NCBI RefSeq assembly: GCF_009914755.1
Contig: NC_060943.1
Strand: one strand, 5' to 3'
DNA: 64,000 bases
From: the human T2T-CHM13v2.0 reference genome, Homo sapiens
A program made the translations under genes and the position numbers. The notes beneath the pieces were generated by a model. It did not search any database, was not told the origin of the DNA, and saw only the letters and a program-made list of their open reading frames with translations. Each line of letters starts with the position of its first letter. The first letter of the stretch is position 1. Positions 59,651-64,000 of the stretch are shown here, one piece after another.

Positions 59651-62273
59651 TTATTCTCTAAAGACTAAAATATTTCCTAAAATGTACAGGCACTGTTTAC
59701 CAGAAAGTACCTTAGTTAAAACATATAAATTTGTTTATGCCTTATAAAGCTATATTTTTTCAAATTGCTTTACTGAGTCATAGGAGGCTAATAAATTTGT
59801 GTAAATTGTCTAAATACAAGCCTGTCTTATATTTCTCTGATAATGTGCTGCTGATAATGTGCTGCTGAGGCTAACTTTCTCTGATAATGTGCTGCTGAGG
59901 TTAACTTGTCAACAGCCTGCTTATCTCAGCAGTGTAAAGTTAACAGCAACATGGAAAAGTTTCTTTTATATATTATGCAATGGCATAGAGCAATTCAGTC
60001 ACTTCCTTTAAGGTTCCAATGAAGCTGCTCTTTAGGAACGCTTATTTCAAACTCCCTAAGGTCAAAATCCAGGCACCACAAGATGCAGCATCAGCCACTG
60101 ACCAAACCCTGTCTGTGTGTGGAGATGACACACCCAGTCCCAGATAATGTATCCACACCAGTGAAGGGTGGAGTCGTTGATTGTCAGATCACACAAAGTG
60201 ACTCAGAGCAGGGAAGACAGGGCAGTGAAACCTGATCAGGCACAGTGGCTCACACCTGTAATCCCACCACTTTGCTAGTCCAAAGCGGGTGGATCACTTG
60301 AGGTCAGGAGTTCAAGACAAGCCTGGTCAACATGGTGAAACCCTGTCTCTACTAAAAATACAAAAACTAGCTGGGCATCGTGGTGTGTGCCTGTAATCCC
60401 AGCTAATCAGGATGCTGAGGCAGGAGAATGGCTTGAGCCTGGAGACAGAGGTTACAGTGAACTGAGATCACACCATTGCACTCTCCAGCCTAGTCGACAC
60501 AGCGAGACTCTGTCTCCAGAAGAAAAAAAGAAAGAGTTGGATGCACCTGAATCCAACCCCTGCCTCATCCTTCTCCCTTGAAGGCCAAATACACCCTGAT
60601 ACTTTTCACCAAAGAGTAGAAACAACACCATTCACTTGACCCCAAATGTGACTTTCCACAGGATGCAAACACAGTGTTGGAATGGCCAATGACAATGACA
60701 ATGAAAATGCAGGCTGAGGGTGATGAACAGGACACACTGGAGAGCCTGACATCGGCCTAGACTATGGGGGTGTCTTGATGCTTCACAAAGAGCCCAAGGA
60801 GCACCCCAAAGAGGACACTGGAGCACAGGCCCAAAGGGTGTTCACATGCCAGGAAGGCCACTAATTTTGAAAGTCAGGGACATTGGTGCCTGCTTGAGTC
60901 CTGATGCTTTATCTATAACATATGCTTTTCTGCATCTGGTTAGACAAGGAAATCTGAAATTTTTGTTTCAGCATTTAGAAATAAGTTATTTAAGCAATCC
61001 TCACACTCATGGTTTATTCTGGAACTACCTTCAGACACACAGCTACAGATAGGGTATATAATGAGTATTTCCAAGGCTACACTCTGTAGGAAAAAACTTC
61101 ATGAAGTCAGTGGGACCCTCTCATGGGAGGGTTTTAAGACCCACAATCAAAAAGGTGGGGAAACATTAGAGTGGAAGGAGGGCAGCAGAAGGTCAAGGAC
61201 TTTCCCGGAGGCCTAACATACCCAACATTATTACCCTAGATGAAAACCAAATACATATCCTAACACCACATACTCTCTTCAATGTTTAACAGACAAAATG
61301 AAATGTATTCAAAGCTAAGCTTCCAGAATTCCACTTTACGCTATTAATGATGTTTTAATATCCCTCAATGTGTTGATATTAGGACATTTTTAAATATGAA
61401 TACCATTTTCTGGTTATATATGGAAAATATCTTGATTTCTGAGATACAAAAATGCTCATTTTTAGATATACATGGTCTTGCACTTTTTTTATAAAATAAG
61501 GTGAAAAGACAGGAAAAATTTTTTCAGATCATGGAACTTGGATTAATAGGAGAAGAGTCATACAAATTTATTTAACATGTATATATGGGAGCCTTCAGAA
61601 TGAAGACCCACCCAACAATAAGACAAAAAAGCTTATATTACCATTCTGAGGCCAAGAAAGAATGCAGACTTGGCTGGCCAAAAAATCCCGGGTTTGGTGG
61701 GTAAGTCAGGTTTAATGGCAAGACAGATTAGGGAAGAGGAAAGGAAGAAGCTTACCTCCTGTGTAGCTAAGGAGACCTTGTTATGTAGATGAAGGCTCCC
61801 TCATAGAGAATAGGTGGGAAATGCTGCTTTTCAGACTTTTATTTAGACTTTTAAGTAATAGGGACAGGATTATGCTATGTTGCCCAGGCTGTTATCTAAT
61901 TCTTTTTCTCAAGCAATCCTCCCAGCTCAGTCTCCGAAAGTGCTAGGATTACAAGCATGAGCCGCCATACCCAGACAGGGTTTGTTCCCTTGTAAAGAAT
62001 TATTTGTTGCTGGACACAGTGGCTCACAGAGGCCAAGGAAGGAGGATCACTTGAGCCCAGGAGCTCAAGACCTGCCATGGCAACATGACAAAACCTCTTC
62101 TCTACAAAAAATACAAAAAATTAGCTGGATATGGTGGCACGTACCTGTACTCCCAGCTATCCAGGAGGCTGAGGCAGAAGGATAACCTGAGCCTGGGAGA
62201 TTGATGCTGCAGTGAACTGTGATTGCAGCACTGCACTCCGGCCTGGGCCACAGAGTGAGAGCCCTTCTAAAAA

Positions 62274-62282
<9 letters not shown>

Positions 62283-62308
<26 letters not shown>
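62283..62308. repeat. (TA)n microsatellite after an Alu tail
   Basis: Direct inspection. Confidence 0.9.
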
Positions 62309-62314
<6 letters not shown>

Positions 62315-62445
62315 CACTTATTGCAGCTTCAGATTTTTAAAATTAATTGTAAATTGCATTTTCACTACAGCTGGAAAAATAAGAAAATTTTGCACAGAGC
62401 CAAGATAAAAATAGATGTCAGAAATAAATCATTAGTCTTATATAG

Positions 62446-62583
<138 letters not shown>

Positions 62584-63541
62584 TGAGTAGCTGGGATCAC
62601 AGGCACGTGCCACCACACCTGGCTAATTTTTGTATTTTTAGTAGAGATGGGGTTTCACGATATTGGCCAAGCTGGTCTCGAACTCCTGGCCTTGTTATCC
62701 ACAAGCCTTGGCCTCCCAAAGTGCTGGGATTACAGGCGTGAGCCACCGCACCCAGTCTCAAAATTCTTAATTTTTTTCTTCTTCAGATGTGGTGTAGTAC
62801 ATTTCTTAAGTCTGTCCTTTTTTGTGGATGATTTCTTTATTTCTTTTTCTTTCTTTCTTTCCTTTTTTTTTTTTTAAGATAGGGTCTGGCTTTGTTGCCC
62901 AGACTGGGATGAGGTAGCACAATCTCAGCTCACTGCAATCTCCATCTTCCAGGCACAAGCTATCCTCCCACCTCAGCCTCCGTAGTAGCTGAGACCACAG
63001 GCACACACCACTACACCCAAAGTGCTGGTATTACAAGTTTGAGCCACAGTGCATGGCCATTTTTGGATGATTTGTAACAGAGTTTCAGGGCATAGCGTTG
63101 AGAATGCTGATTGGGAAAAGAAATAGAGAAAATCTTTTATTACAGCTTGAGAAAATGAATAATCTTCCACAATAAAGTATAGTAGATAAATTGGTGAATT
63201 ACAAAGATTCAGCAAAATACCAGTCCTCCTTTGCAGGTTGGGGAACTTGTAATGGTGGATAACTCTTCTTCTTCCTGTTATCTGTGGGGTAAGACCTGGC
63301 TGGCAACTGTTGTCATATGTTTGTGTTCACATATGATTAATGTGTAGTATGTGCTTTGTTATCATGGAAATAATAATGAAATAATATTGTGCACCTTAAT
63401 AAGATAATAAGATTCAGAGAATATGATTAAATGCTGAGTTTATCTGAGCACATAGTTTGAGGATAGCCACTGGGGAAACAGATATCCTGAAGAGTGGGGT
63501 CAGTGCTCCAACACGGGGAATTTGAGTCTTCTCTTCTATAG

Positions 63542-63873
<332 letters not shown>

Positions 63874-64000
63874 TGATCCGCCTGCCTCGGCCTCCCAAAG
63901 TGCTGGGATTACAGGTGTGAGCCACTGCAGCCGGCCTGCTTTAACTTTTTGTAAGGAGGGGTAGTGGTCTCAAAAGGATCCTACCTCTGGCACTTCTCTG

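Noticed and set aside
59830-59907. Short direct repeats ctgataatgtgctg as a CRISPR-like or regulatory array
   Set aside because: Three copies without unique spacers; simple slippage duplication in eukaryotic DNA

Overview
Human (primate) genomic DNA from a tandem KRAB-C2H2 zinc-finger cluster. The proteins match ZNF441, ZNF491 and ZNF440 of chr19p13.2 (recognised from memory, no search run). All three genes are on the + strand. ZNF441 contributes its last three exons (exon 1 lies upstream of the window); with the missing ATG they give 693 aa. ZNF491 has a CpG-island promoter, a frameshifted KRAB-A exon, a KRAB-B exon with a dead donor, and an intact 437-aa finger ORF. ZNF440 is complete (595 aa), but a 12-bp duplication/10-bp loss shifts its last 105 aa into the alternative reading frame and leaves about 1.2 kb of fossil fingers behind. 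The rest is dense Alu, L1, ERV solo LTRs and DNA-transposon fossils (Tigger2/MER28, MER2, MER85), plus paralogous non-coding blocks left by gene duplication. I found no evidence of a wholly new biological system. The best leads are: (1) three different stages of KZFP decay or repurposing, including stop-start overlaps; (2) a pogo/Tigger transposase-like C-terminal remnant fused to MER2 in the ZNF441 3' UTR; (3) an Alu-to-Alu gene-conversion tract; (4) TE-borne GAS, ISRE and PGBD3 motifs near the promoters. Repeat family names and most repeat boundaries are by eye and approximate.
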